Assembly: GCA_000708835.1 (NCBI GenBank)
Contig: DF237738.1
Span: 1-32,734 of the forward strand
Length of the DNA: 32,734 nucleotides
DNA from: Klebsormidium nitens
Taxonomy: Eukaryota > Plantae > Klebsormidiophyceae
Direction: 5' to 3'
Part shown: positions 9,977-17,949 of the stretch, piece by piece
Layout: each line of letters begins with the position of its first letter
Numbering within the stretch: position 1 is the first letter of the stretch
Translations under genes and position numbers: made by a program
The notes under the pieces: generated by a model
What the model was told of the DNA's origin: nothing
The model's database searches: none
The model's input: the letters and a program-made list of their open reading frames with translations, nothing else

Positions 9977-10081
9977 TGCCTCACCTCAGTTCAAATCCTC
10001 CCCGGAAGTCCCGAATGAGTGGTCTTTTGAGACCTAAAGGTTCCCAGTCAGTCGGCCGATGCATAATACCGTTTGCGCAAC

Positions 10082-10140
10082 CGCCGGTCGATCAATCATT
10101 ACGCGATTTAATGCAGTCGCCGGTCGAATAATCATGACGC
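10082..10140. repeat. 23-bp imperfect direct repeat (10082-10104, 10118-10140)
   Basis: CGCCGGTCGAtcAATCATtACGC versus CGCCGGTCGAatAATCATgACGC (20/23), in a divergent intergenic region. Confidence 0.75.
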
Positions 10141-10194
10141 CCACGCCCTCTTCAGATGCCTTTCAGACTAAGATATTTTCATTGACTTGCTGAT

Positions 10195-10641
10195 ATGAAG
10201 CGAAAGACGAGGAGCGACGCCATGCTTAGCATGTGCCATCGGCCAGGCTGTGCTGTGATGTAAGTGGCGTTCCCTTCTCAATGGCCTTCAGTATTGCACT
10301 TCAGAATTTTGCAAATTCAGAATTCATATAGGTAGGCAACGCTTTTTGATTGGTTCTTGTTTGTCTGCAGGTACGTGAGAGGAGAGATGGAGGCTCACAC
10401 AGGCGTCTGCGAATCCAGGGTGTGTGAAAAGAAGATGATGGTTGCCGGTTTTCAGCGTGGATGCGACTGGGAGGGGAATGTATTGGACCTCCCAGAGCAT
10501 CCTTGCAAGATGAACGACGGGGGTGCATATCGTTTGGCTACAGAGCTAGCACATGAGATAAACTGCCTGGTTTTCAAGAGCGAGATGAGATTTCCAAAAG
10601 CTGGGGACATTTACTCTCAGACTCCAGGACTTGCAATATGA
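10195..10641 (+). CDS. Spliced Cys/His-rich protein (TRAF/Sina-like zinc finger); exons 10195-10259 and 10371-10641, 111 aa
   Basis: A GTAAGT...TTGTCTGCAG intron (10260-10370) joins in frame, giving CHRPGC...H..VC...C...GCDWEG....EH.C. Confidence 0.65.
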
Positions 10642-10772
10642 CGCTGGTAGATAGTGGAGTTGATCCGGTTCCAAGGGGTGTACATCTCCAGTGAGTTTGG
10701 CCTTAGCTCCAGCAGTAAGACTAGTAGGAACACGCATGCCAGTGCGAGTGCCACAGCGTAGTTGAAATCCAT
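10617..10772 (-). CDS. Small 51-aa single-pass membrane protein (absent from the ORF track)
   Basis: MDFNYAVALALACVFLLVLLLELRPNSLEMY...: a clean hydrophobic anchor followed by a polar tail. Confidence 0.55.
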   Translation of the reverse strand: MDFNYAVALALACVFLLVLLLELRPNSLEMYTPWNRINSTIYQRHIASPGV

Positions 10773-10842
10773 CTTTGTATACATTGACATTTTTCCCGCG
10801 TCTCATGGATCGTATTTTTTTCTCTCAGAAGAGCAAAGAATC

Positions 10843-11379
10843 ATGAGGCGTCACATGCTGGTCATCTGCCTCATCATGTGTGCATCTGTCCCTGGCCCTG
10901 CCCTCGCTGGAATCCCGAGGAGGTCTTTGCTATGCGCTCATAACAAGACTTGCCATAACATTACTGAGACACCAACCCCAACACCTACACCTACCCCATG
11001 CGATAATGTCACAGAGGCTCCCACTCCCGCCCCTGCTCCAGCCATTGTTCCGGTTCCTGCCCCAGCCCCTGCTCCAGCCATTGTTCCGGTTCCTGCCCCA
11101 GCCCCTGATCCATCACCTCCTCCTCCCACGGCCCCAGCTCCAACGATTCCAGCCACGCCGCCGCCCGAAGTTTTACCAATCGATATTCCATCTCCTCCAC
11201 CTCCACCTCCCACGACCCCAGCTCCAACGATTCCAGCCACGCCGCCGCCCGAAGTTCTACCGATTGATGTCCCATCTCCTCCACCTCCGCCTCCTCCCAC
11301 AACCCCCGCTCCGACATCGTCAGCTCAAGTCTGCTTTAACGAGAGTCAACTGAAACTTTGCAGTTGCACATGTGTGTGA
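10843..11379 (+). CDS. Secreted proline-rich (extensin-like) glycoprotein
   Basis: Signal-peptide-like N-terminus, NKT/NIT/NVT sequons, SPPPP and AP repeats, C-terminal CSCTC. Confidence 0.75.
   Translation: MRRHMLVICLIMCASVPGPALAGIPRRSLLCAHNKTCHNITETPTPTPTPTPCDNVTEAPTPAPAPAIVPVPAPAPAPAIVPVPAPAPDPSPPPPTAPAPTIPATPPPEVLPIDIPSPPPPPPTTPAPTIPATPPPEVLPIDVPSPPPPPPPTTPAPTSSAQVCFNESQLKLCSCTCV
11029..11300 (+). repeat. Intragenic repeats: 36 bp x2 (11029-11100) and about 84 bp x2
   Basis: APAPAIVPVPAP occurs twice with identical DNA. APTIPATPPPEVLPID starts at 11137 and 11221. Confidence 0.9.
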
Positions 11380-11411
11380 TGCACAAAAAAGTTTGTCAAC
11401 ATCATAGATCA

Positions 11412-12446
11412 ATGACTTCGATCGCCCTCATCAACCTCTCAGAATCCGTCAAGCCCCATATTGGGATGCACATGTACAAGGCATGCTTGGAGCAGTTGCG
11501 GCTGATGTGCAAGGCTTGGGGCTTGCCTCGTGCCAGACTCGTCTACTTGGCTATGTTGGGCCCTCTTGACGCCCTAACATTTCCGGTGTTCATCTTAGAT
11601 AACGTCCATCAGGTTTCCGGCTGGAAAGATGATGGGAGACCCTCACGCAGCCTCATTGTGCAAAATGTCTTGAAGCAAAAGGGAGGCCTACTACAGGGGC
11701 CCACAGGCAATTCCGTCAGCGTCTCGGTCAGCCGTCTGGTGCTCGAGCTCTTCCACGAGCTCAACAAGGACACGCGCACGCCTATCTGCTCTCAAGTTTC
11801 ATCGACGAGTTGCACCATTAATCTGGTTAATGCCAAAGTCAAGGTAGACGTTTCCAACTTTGTATTCCCTTCCTGGTTCGATCCGAATGCTCAAGCACCT
11901 TTTGATCAAGCTGGCCATTGTCTTGGTCCCAGGGTTGCCGAGGCAGACCAGGTGCCCACAGCGGTAGCCAACAGCGCAGCCGACAGCCAGCCAACGGCGC
12001 AGCCAACAGCTAGCCAACAGCGCAGCCGGGCAGTTCGAGAGGAAAAAGAGGAGAGCTTCCACTCCCCAGCAACCACCTCCACTCCTTTAACGCCTCATGT
12101 ACCAGAGAAAGTGGAAGTGTCAAACGCACCCACTTACCGTGACGCCCCCAGCGAATCCGACATCCTGACCTACCCAGACAGCGAGTCAGACATCCTGACC
12201 TACCCAGAGATCCCTGAGGCGGGCCCCACGATCCGAGACGCCCAGCTCTCTGTGACGCAAATACCCCCCACAATCGTAGCACCCGATGTCGAGAGCCCCG
12301 CCCAGCTTCCTGCAACGCACGCATCCCCAACAATCGTAGCGACAGAAACGCGCACCCCCAAAATCGTAGAGCCCGATGCCCCTCCCCAAGTTCGGAGAGT
12401 GAGGAACATCCGGGAACTGATACCCAAAAGGAGCGTGTATACTTGA
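11412..12446 (+). CDS. Hypothetical protein: degenerate metallopeptidase-like N-domain plus P/T/S-rich tail
   Basis: IALINLS...SVSVSVSRLVLE...VSNFVFPSWFDP..APFD resembles a family I recall as having SHE.LE at that position. A 30-bp repeat x2 lies at 12150-12209. Confidence 0.55.
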   Translation: MTSIALINLSESVKPHIGMHMYKACLEQLRLMCKAWGLPRARLVYLAMLGPLDALTFPVFILDNVHQVSGWKDDGRPSRSLIVQNVLKQKGGLLQGPTGNSVSVSVSRLVLELFHELNKDTRTPICSQVSSTSCTINLVNAKVKVDVSNFVFPSWFDPNAQAPFDQAGHCLGPRVAEADQVPTAVANSAADSQPTAQPTASQQRSRAVREEKEESFHSPATTSTPLTPHVPEKVEVSNAPTYRDAPSESDILTYPDSESDILTYPEIPEAGPTIRDAQLSVTQIPPTIVAPDVESPAQLPATHASPTIVATETRTPKIVEPDAPPQVRRVRNIRELIPKRSVYT

Positions 12447-12477
12447 GAGGCGTTATTTTCTGTGATGAGAGCACAGC

Positions 12478-12903
12478 ATGTCCATAGACGTAGGCGCCCT
12501 TTTAAACAATGTAAACAGTTTCAGGAGGAGTCACAGTGCCCCAGCAGTGCAGTGGGATGCAGGCATCGCCTCCGTATCTCAGGCCTGGGCCGACCGTAAG
12601 AGATATGCCCACAGCGGTACTTCGAATTACGGAGAAAACCTCGCAAAGGTCTGGGCCAAGGAGGCTGACTTCAAGACCGCAATCTCACTGTGGGCAAAAG
12701 AATTGGACGCGTACAACTATGATTCTCCTAGTTTCAGTCCGACGACGGGTCATGGGACGGCGCTGGTCTGGAAATCGAGTACTAATATCGGCGCGGGTGT
12801 GTCTCAGCTGGCGGACGGATCTTATTTCTACGTCATGAACTTTGCACCACCAGGAAACGTGAGAAGTCAAGAGCTCTTTAGGCAGAATGTGACGCAAAAA
12901 TAA
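12478..12903 (+). CDS. CAP/SCP (PR-1/GAPR-1-like) domain protein
   Basis: Motifs N.FR..H.AP.V.WD, YGENLA, W..E...Y.Y, GHGTALVWK and Y.PPGN (here FAPPGN). Confidence 0.9.
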   Translation: MSIDVGALLNNVNSFRRSHSAPAVQWDAGIASVSQAWADRKRYAHSGTSNYGENLAKVWAKEADFKTAISLWAKELDAYNYDSPSFSPTTGHGTALVWKSSTNIGAGVSQLADGSYFYVMNFAPPGNVRSQELFRQNVTQK

Positions 12904-12913
12904 TCAGTATGTT

Positions 12914-13432
12914 ATGGATGACATGTCAATCTTGCAGACGAGTCTCTCACTGAACAAACAGCTGCAGGATAGGTTTGCAAAGTTGGGGAGTTTTGTAGAA
13001 CGGGTAAAGGGGTTACGAGATGCAAAGGTTGCCAACGAGCAGCGCATATCAGACTTGCGTGGGCATATATACGACCTAGAGCGTATAAGCCCAGCACCGC
13101 AGCGAGCAAGGCGTCCGAAAAGAAAAAACCAGTGGAGCGAGCTCGCAAAGATCGTCGGAGCTCAGAGAGGACGCGTGAGTGTGGTCGGCCGGTCGACACA
13201 GACGATACGAGTTGAGCTGACGGGCAACGTGGGTGTGAAGAAGGCCTCTACGCTCATGAAGAAGATGTCGATTTCTCACAACCTGGGAAGCAGCCATCGA
13301 TTCGAGAGGCACTTGGTCTTCACAAAAGGTCGGCAAACACCAGAGTCGGTCGGTCGCCTGCTCGCAAAGCATAAGAAGGGTACAGGAGCTGTCGTCTTCC
13401 ATGCTGGCCTCGTTCACCACATAGTGAAATAA
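12914..13432 (+). CDS. Hypothetical basic protein with an N-terminal coiled coil
   Basis: ATG-started ORF 10 bp after the CAP gene; K/R-rich. Confidence 0.55.
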   Translation: MDDMSILQTSLSLNKQLQDRFAKLGSFVERVKGLRDAKVANEQRISDLRGHIYDLERISPAPQRARRPKRKNQWSELAKIVGAQRGRVSVVGRSTQTIRVELTGNVGVKKASTLMKKMSISHNLGSSHRFERHLVFTKGRQTPESVGRLLAKHKKGTGAVVFHAGLVHHIVK

Positions 13433-13491
13433 CATCTCGTTCAACTCCCACCCGCGCTCGCTCGAGGCGACGAATAATCTGAGCCCTATCC

Positions 13492-13884
13492 ATGGCTGCA
13501 GCAATTAGGATAGGCTCGCTCACACCGGCCGCGATCTCGCAGACGCTCGCGGCTGGCTGCGTCAAGGTCAAGACCTGGTTGATCGGGCGGGACGGCCTGG
13601 TGCGGCTCACCTTCTCGGGATACGGCCCAAACGAACGGGTCATCGTGGACAAGACGCTCAAGCTGTGCGACGAGCACGTTGAGAAGGGCGAGCACCGGAC
13701 GGACCCGACCTTGACCACCATCCCGTACTGCGACCTCTGCCACGATATCGTCGCGGTGTACGACCGGCTCAAGAACGTCCACTGGCACGAACGTTCCAGA
13801 TCCGTTTCAGCTCCCCAACAACAGCTCCCGACGGCTCTCAGCCTCCAAACCGACGCTAGCGGCCGCCACCTTCTGATTTGCTAA
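13492..13884 (+). CDS. Hypothetical protein (130 aa)
   Basis: ATG-started ORF with visibly C/G-ending codon bias; contains CDLCH. Confidence 0.55.
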   Translation: MAAAIRIGSLTPAAISQTLAAGCVKVKTWLIGRDGLVRLTFSGYGPNERVIVDKTLKLCDEHVEKGEHRTDPTLTTIPYCDLCHDIVAVYDRLKNVHWHERSRSVSAPQQQLPTALSLQTDASGRHLLIC

Positions 13885-13957
13885 GAGATTCTCCATGTAT
13901 TCCGTTTTGGAGAGCGCGTACGTGTGATCCAAACGTTCTCTCGACCACAATACAACG

Positions 13958-15709
13958 ATGAACGTCCTCGTCCTACTGCTTGCTGGTCAGATTTGTTTAG
14001 GGCAACTCAGCTCAGCTCACCCGAGCATCGATTATCAGTCTGCCCTCTCGACGGGCTTACTATTTCTCGACGCGCAGCGAAGCGGGAAGCTCCCTCCGGA
14101 GCAACCGATCCCTTGGCGCAGTGACTCTTGCCTCGGCGACGGCGCTGATCACGGCATCGACCTGACGCAGGGCTATTTCGACTCTGGAGACTTTTGCCTC
14201 TTCGGCCTCCCTCTCGCCTACACCGTGACCATGCTCTCGTACGGTTTGGTAGAGTATGGCACGTTGTATGGCCCCAACTACGCGCCGGCTTCCGACGCCG
14301 TCCGGTGGGGCACTGACTGGTTGATAAAGGCGCACGCATCCCCCAATGAGCTTTACGTACAGGTGGGAGACGGCAACATAGACCATAAATGCTGGCAAAG
14401 GCCCGAGAACCTGACCACACCGAGACCTTCTTTCGCAGTGAACGTCACCAGTCCAGGAACGGAACCTGCAGCAGAGGCCGCAGCGGCCCTCGCTGCGGCA
14501 TCGATTGTCTTCAGAACGTCGGACCCTGCATACTCTCAGACCTTGCTGGTTCAAGCCGCGCACCTGTTCCAATTTGCAGACAAGTACCGTTTAACTTACG
14601 CGGTTTCGGTGCCTCAGGCAGCAGCCTTTTACAACTCCTACTCTGGTTACGGCGACGAGCTCCTGTGGGCTTCGGCCTGGCTGTTCAGAGCCACGTCCGA
14701 TCCGGTCTACCTCCGGTATGCAACCGGCCCGAATTTCGCTGACCCGTCGCTGGGGTGGCAAAACGCCGTCACCGAATTCAGCTGGGACAGCAAGCTAGCG
14801 GGAGCGGTCGTTCTCTGGAGCCAGCTGGCTCCACCTGGCGCTTCGGTCCCTCTCGATCATTACAGGCAGGTTGCAAACGACTTCGCATGCCATTACGTGG
14901 CACCCAACGGTGTGCAAAAGACGCCGGCTGGTCTCGCTTGGCTGCGCGAATGGAGCCCGTTGCAGTACGTCACGAGCAGTTCCTTCTTGATCGCGGCCTA
15001 TGCGGACCACCTAGGGAATGCCACCGTCACCTGTCCAGATCGGGCCTACTCTGCTTTCGAGTTGATTTTTTACAGCCAGGGGCAGGCCGACTACATATTG
15101 GGGTCGAACCCGCTCAGCTTGAGCTACATGGTCGGCTTCACTGCATCGTATCCTACCCACGTCCACCATCGCGCTGCGTCCATACCCCAAGACGGGATCG
15201 AATACACCTGCGATGGCGGCTTCCAATTCTTCTCGACACCAAAACCCAACCCTACCATCGTTGCTGGGGCGATCGTGGGCGGTCCGGATGCGTCGGATGG
15301 CTATTTGGACGTCAGGAGCGAATTTCAACAGTCTGAGCCCAGCACGTACACCTTGGGGTGCTTCCTCGGTCTCCTTGCGAGGCTGTCTGGTAGCGTTCCT
15401 GGTGTGCCGGTGGCGAGCTCTGGCGCGCCTCCCACAAGTGCGCCCCCAAGCGTCGCTCCTGGATCAGCACCTACCGCTGCCCCGAGCATTGGCGCGCCTC
15501 CCCCGAGTGTTGGGCCCGGTGCGGCACCTACACCGGTACCTAGCGCAAGCGCCTCGGCCCCAAGCGTCGCTCCTGGATCAGCACCTACGAGAGTTCCTAG
15601 CGCGCCCCCAAGTGTTGCTCCTCCCAGCGCGGCACCTACGCCGGTGCCTAGTGCAAGCGTAGGTCCTCCTGGGTTTGTACAATGTATGTGTGCTTGCAAC
15701 GGATTTTGA
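13958..15709 (+). CDS. Plant-type GH9 endo-1,4-beta-glucanase with signal peptide and Pro/Ser/Ala-rich tail
   Basis: Motifs LFLDAQRSGKLP, GYFDSGD, LYVQVGDG..DH.CW.RPE, YGDELLWA, SWDSK, HHR and SEPST. Intronless. Confidence 0.95.
   Translation: MNVLVLLLAGQICLGQLSSAHPSIDYQSALSTGLLFLDAQRSGKLPPEQPIPWRSDSCLGDGADHGIDLTQGYFDSGDFCLFGLPLAYTVTMLSYGLVEYGTLYGPNYAPASDAVRWGTDWLIKAHASPNELYVQVGDGNIDHKCWQRPENLTTPRPSFAVNVTSPGTEPAAEAAAALAAASIVFRTSDPAYSQTLLVQAAHLFQFADKYRLTYAVSVPQAAAFYNSYSGYGDELLWASAWLFRATSDPVYLRYATGPNFADPSLGWQNAVTEFSWDSKLAGAVVLWSQLAPPGASVPLDHYRQVANDFACHYVAPNGVQKTPAGLAWLREWSPLQYVTSSSFLIAAYADHLGNATVTCPDRAYSAFELIFYSQGQADYILGSNPLSLSYMVGFTASYPTHVHHRAASIPQDGIEYTCDGGFQFFSTPKPNPTIVAGAIVGGPDASDGYLDVRSEFQQSEPSTYTLGCFLGLLARLSGSVPGVPVASSGAPPTSAPPSVAPGSAPTAAPSIGAPPPSVGPGAAPTPVPSASASAPSVAPGSAPTRVPSAPPSVAPPSAAPTPVPSASVGPPGFVQCMCACNGF
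15430..15670 (+). repeat. Degenerate APPSV(A/G)PGSAPT repeats in the GH9 tail
   Basis: CCAAGCGTCGCTCCTGGATCAGCACCTAC occurs twice, with related variants. Boundaries are approximate. Confidence 0.8.
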
Positions 15710-15792
15710 TGGGCCACGGATACGGACCCAAACAACAGCGATTGAAAAGTGCGTCCGTTGCACTAGAAATATTGTGCACGTATATACAAGGT

Positions 15793-16647
15793 ATGGTGTG
15801 TGTGCCTTCTATTAGTACGTTTGCGGCCGAGCGGGGCATTACTCGCTCGTCCATGGAGACTATGCTCAACATGTTCAATTCTGACGACTTCCCCCGGATT
15901 CGGATATCTGATTTGGACCTCTACGTGTGTGCTATGACGCACAAGAGCACGTTGAAAGAGTACTCTGCAGCCCAAGGCTCCAACGAGAGACTCGAGCTCT
16001 TGGGCGACAGCGTATTAGGATTGATCGTCACAAAGTACATATTCGATAGGTACACCGGTGAAGATGAGGGGTTTATGACCAGGATTCGCACCAAATTGGT
16101 ATGCGGTGAGGCGTTGTCGGCGTGGGCCTTGAAGCTCGGGCTTCAGGAATTCTTGATGATGAATTCCAAGGCCCTTCAACGGCAGTGGAACTTGAACCCG
16201 AGCAAGCTTGAGGATGCTTTCGAGGCCTTGGTCGGAGCCTTATTCGAAGACTGTGGGATCTCAGCATGTCGCAATTTCATTTACAATCTTCTGAAACGCG
16301 TAGATTTCGTGGAGGTGGAACGAGACACGAATTGGAAGGAGTCTCTGATGCGGCACCTCCAGGGAATGTACGCAAACATGTCTAGTAACAATATCGGGCA
16401 GGACATGTTTACGCCGATGTATGCCGTGGAGGACTTTGGAGGAGACGGCAACGACGTGAAACAATTTCGCGTGAGTGTGAGCATAGGTGGGAGGGTTTTT
16501 GGCCGCGGAATCGATCGTAAGAAGAAGGCAGCGGAGCAGATGGCAGCACATTCTGCACTTTGCCAGATTACTGAAAGCGGACGTCTCCCGCTATATTCCA
16601 ACAAATCGACCCTCCGAGTTCCCAATCTCGGTATAGTATGTCCCTAA
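15793..16647 (+). CDS. rnc: Ribonuclease III with dsRNA-binding domain
   Basis: Signature NERLELLGDSVLG, EGFMTRIRTKLV, DAFEALVGA and dsRBD GRG..KKAAEQMAA. The start codon is uncertain. Confidence 0.93.
   Translation: MVCVPSISTFAAERGITRSSMETMLNMFNSDDFPRIRISDLDLYVCAMTHKSTLKEYSAAQGSNERLELLGDSVLGLIVTKYIFDRYTGEDEGFMTRIRTKLVCGEALSAWALKLGLQEFLMMNSKALQRQWNLNPSKLEDAFEALVGALFEDCGISACRNFIYNLLKRVDFVEVERDTNWKESLMRHLQGMYANMSSNNIGQDMFTPMYAVEDFGGDGNDVKQFRVSVSIGGRVFGRGIDRKKKAAEQMAAHSALCQITESGRLPLYSNKSTLRVPNLGIVCP
16559..16634 (+). repeat. 76-bp direct repeat, copy A (inside the RNase III 3' end)
   Basis: 70/76 identical to 17873-17948. Confidence 0.95.
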
Positions 16648-17872
16648 GTGTGGAGTGCCTCTGAATAAATCCACTTAAATCCGCCGGTAGCGAGTCGGCG
16701 GCCCGCTGCTACATTGCCGATATTACTTGCAAATATCCCAAGAGCCTCTGCGGCCTCAGCGATGGTACCAAAGACCGCCAACTGCGCTCCGGTGATCAGA
16801 TCCAGCTGGATAACGCTGCGATTTGACTTCTGATTCCTGCCTTGTTCCGTCGGAGTGCCCCAGCGCAAATTCTCTGAGCGGTTGTCGGACCGATCTCCGT
16901 TGATGTGGTCGGGAGTATGCTCCGACGAGGGAGGGGGCTCGAGGAAGGTCCTGGCGATCACGTCGTGCACCTTGAGGTCCCTCTCATTCTTATCGATCGT
17001 GGCCGAAAATCGCTTGTAGCCGTGCTGATCTCTGCCGTAGCTCCGCCTTCCTCTGGATTCCTGGATCCTACCGCGGTTGCTGGCCCTGATATTGGGGACG
17101 AGACCCCAGCTGCTGACGGCCTCCAGCCACGTCTCGCCGGGCAGGTCGGCCTGTTCGGCCAGGTGCTCCGGAGTATATGAGAAGACGTAGTCGCCCCTGC
17201 TCGTCAGGCCATTCAGATACCTATCGATGACAGTGTGGTGGATTTTGAGCTCTCTGACCGCATCACGAACCGAATTGAAGCTGGTCTCGACTCCGGTAAC
17301 CACGTGGCGCGCGACGATGGGGATGCCCGTGGTGATGCCCGACTTCTTGCCCGCGTCGGGGTTGTCCGAGACGGTCTTGAGCCTGTGATCCGGCTTTGAA
17401 AGCTCCTGCAGGTTGGCCCAGTCATCTCCACCTCCTCTACTGACGGGGACGATGTGGTCGCACTCCATCCCCTCCTCGATGGCGCGTCCGAGGGAGAGCG
17501 ACAGGTTGAAACGAGACCTCGGGCCGTCCTTCCCGTCGATTTTGATGTAGCCGTAGCCATCGGATCTGCTGAAACCTTCGATGACCCGGCCGGTCTTGGC
17601 GCTCCAGACCCTCCCGTCTGGTCTGCCGTAGTAGGCCGGGTAGGCGTGGTGCTGTTGCCACCCCTGGAGCACGGGTGGTGGGATCAGAGGCTTGGGACCC
17701 TTGGCTGCCTTTGCCTTGGCCCTCATCTCCCTCTGGTAGATGGCATGATTGGTCGGTGAGAGCTGCTTCTTCACCATTGTCGAATTATACCTACTCTACC
17801 AGGGAACATAACCGTAAGCATTCGTACGCACGGCTTGCGTCAGGTCTTTGAATCCGCGCTGCTCAAATTGCG
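16638..17872 (-). mobile_element. Double-HNH cassette copy 2, flanked by a 76-bp target duplication
   Basis: Leader 17778-17832 (51/55 identical to the copy 3 leader), terminal ATGTCCCTAAG at 16638-16648, primase remnant at about 17835-17880. Confidence 0.85.
16644..17777 (-). CDS. Tandem double-HNH endonuclease with NUMOD1-like modules (intact, 377 aa)
   Basis: HNH-1 is CDHIVPVSRGG..DWANLQ..H and HNH-2 is PDHINGDRSDNRSENLRW...N. Each is followed by an F.S/TI.EA...L.I helical module. Confidence 0.92.
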   Translation of the reverse strand: MVKKQLSPTNHAIYQREMRAKAKAAKGPKPLIPPPVLQGWQQHHAYPAYYGRPDGRVWSAKTGRVIEGFSRSDGYGYIKIDGKDGPRSRFNLSLSLGRAIEEGMECDHIVPVSRGGGDDWANLQELSKPDHRLKTVSDNPDAGKKSGITTGIPIVARHVVTGVETSFNSVRDAVRELKIHHTVIDRYLNGLTSRGDYVFSYTPEHLAEQADLPGETWLEAVSSWGLVPNIRASNRGRIQESRGRRSYGRDQHGYKRFSATIDKNERDLKVHDVIARTFLEPPPSSEHTPDHINGDRSDNRSENLRWGTPTEQGRNQKSNRSVIQLDLITGAQLAVFGTIAEAAEALGIFASNIGNVAAGRRLATGGFKWIYSEALHT

Positions 17873-17948
17873 TTTGTCAGATCACGGAGAGCGGACGTCT
17901 CCCGCTATATTCCAACAAATCGACCCTCCGAGTTCCCAACCTCGGCAT
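17873..17948 (+). repeat. 76-bp direct repeat, copy B (orphan RNase III 3' end abutting the ATPase stop)
   Basis: Encodes the same CQITESGRLPLYSNKSTLRVPNLGI peptide as copy A. Confidence 0.95.
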
Positions 17949-17949
17949 T

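Noticed and set aside
16638-16648. TTAGGG in the element terminus as a telomere repeat
   Set aside because: It is a single hexamer overlapping the stop codon, not tandem, and insufficient to link to the 28626 tract.
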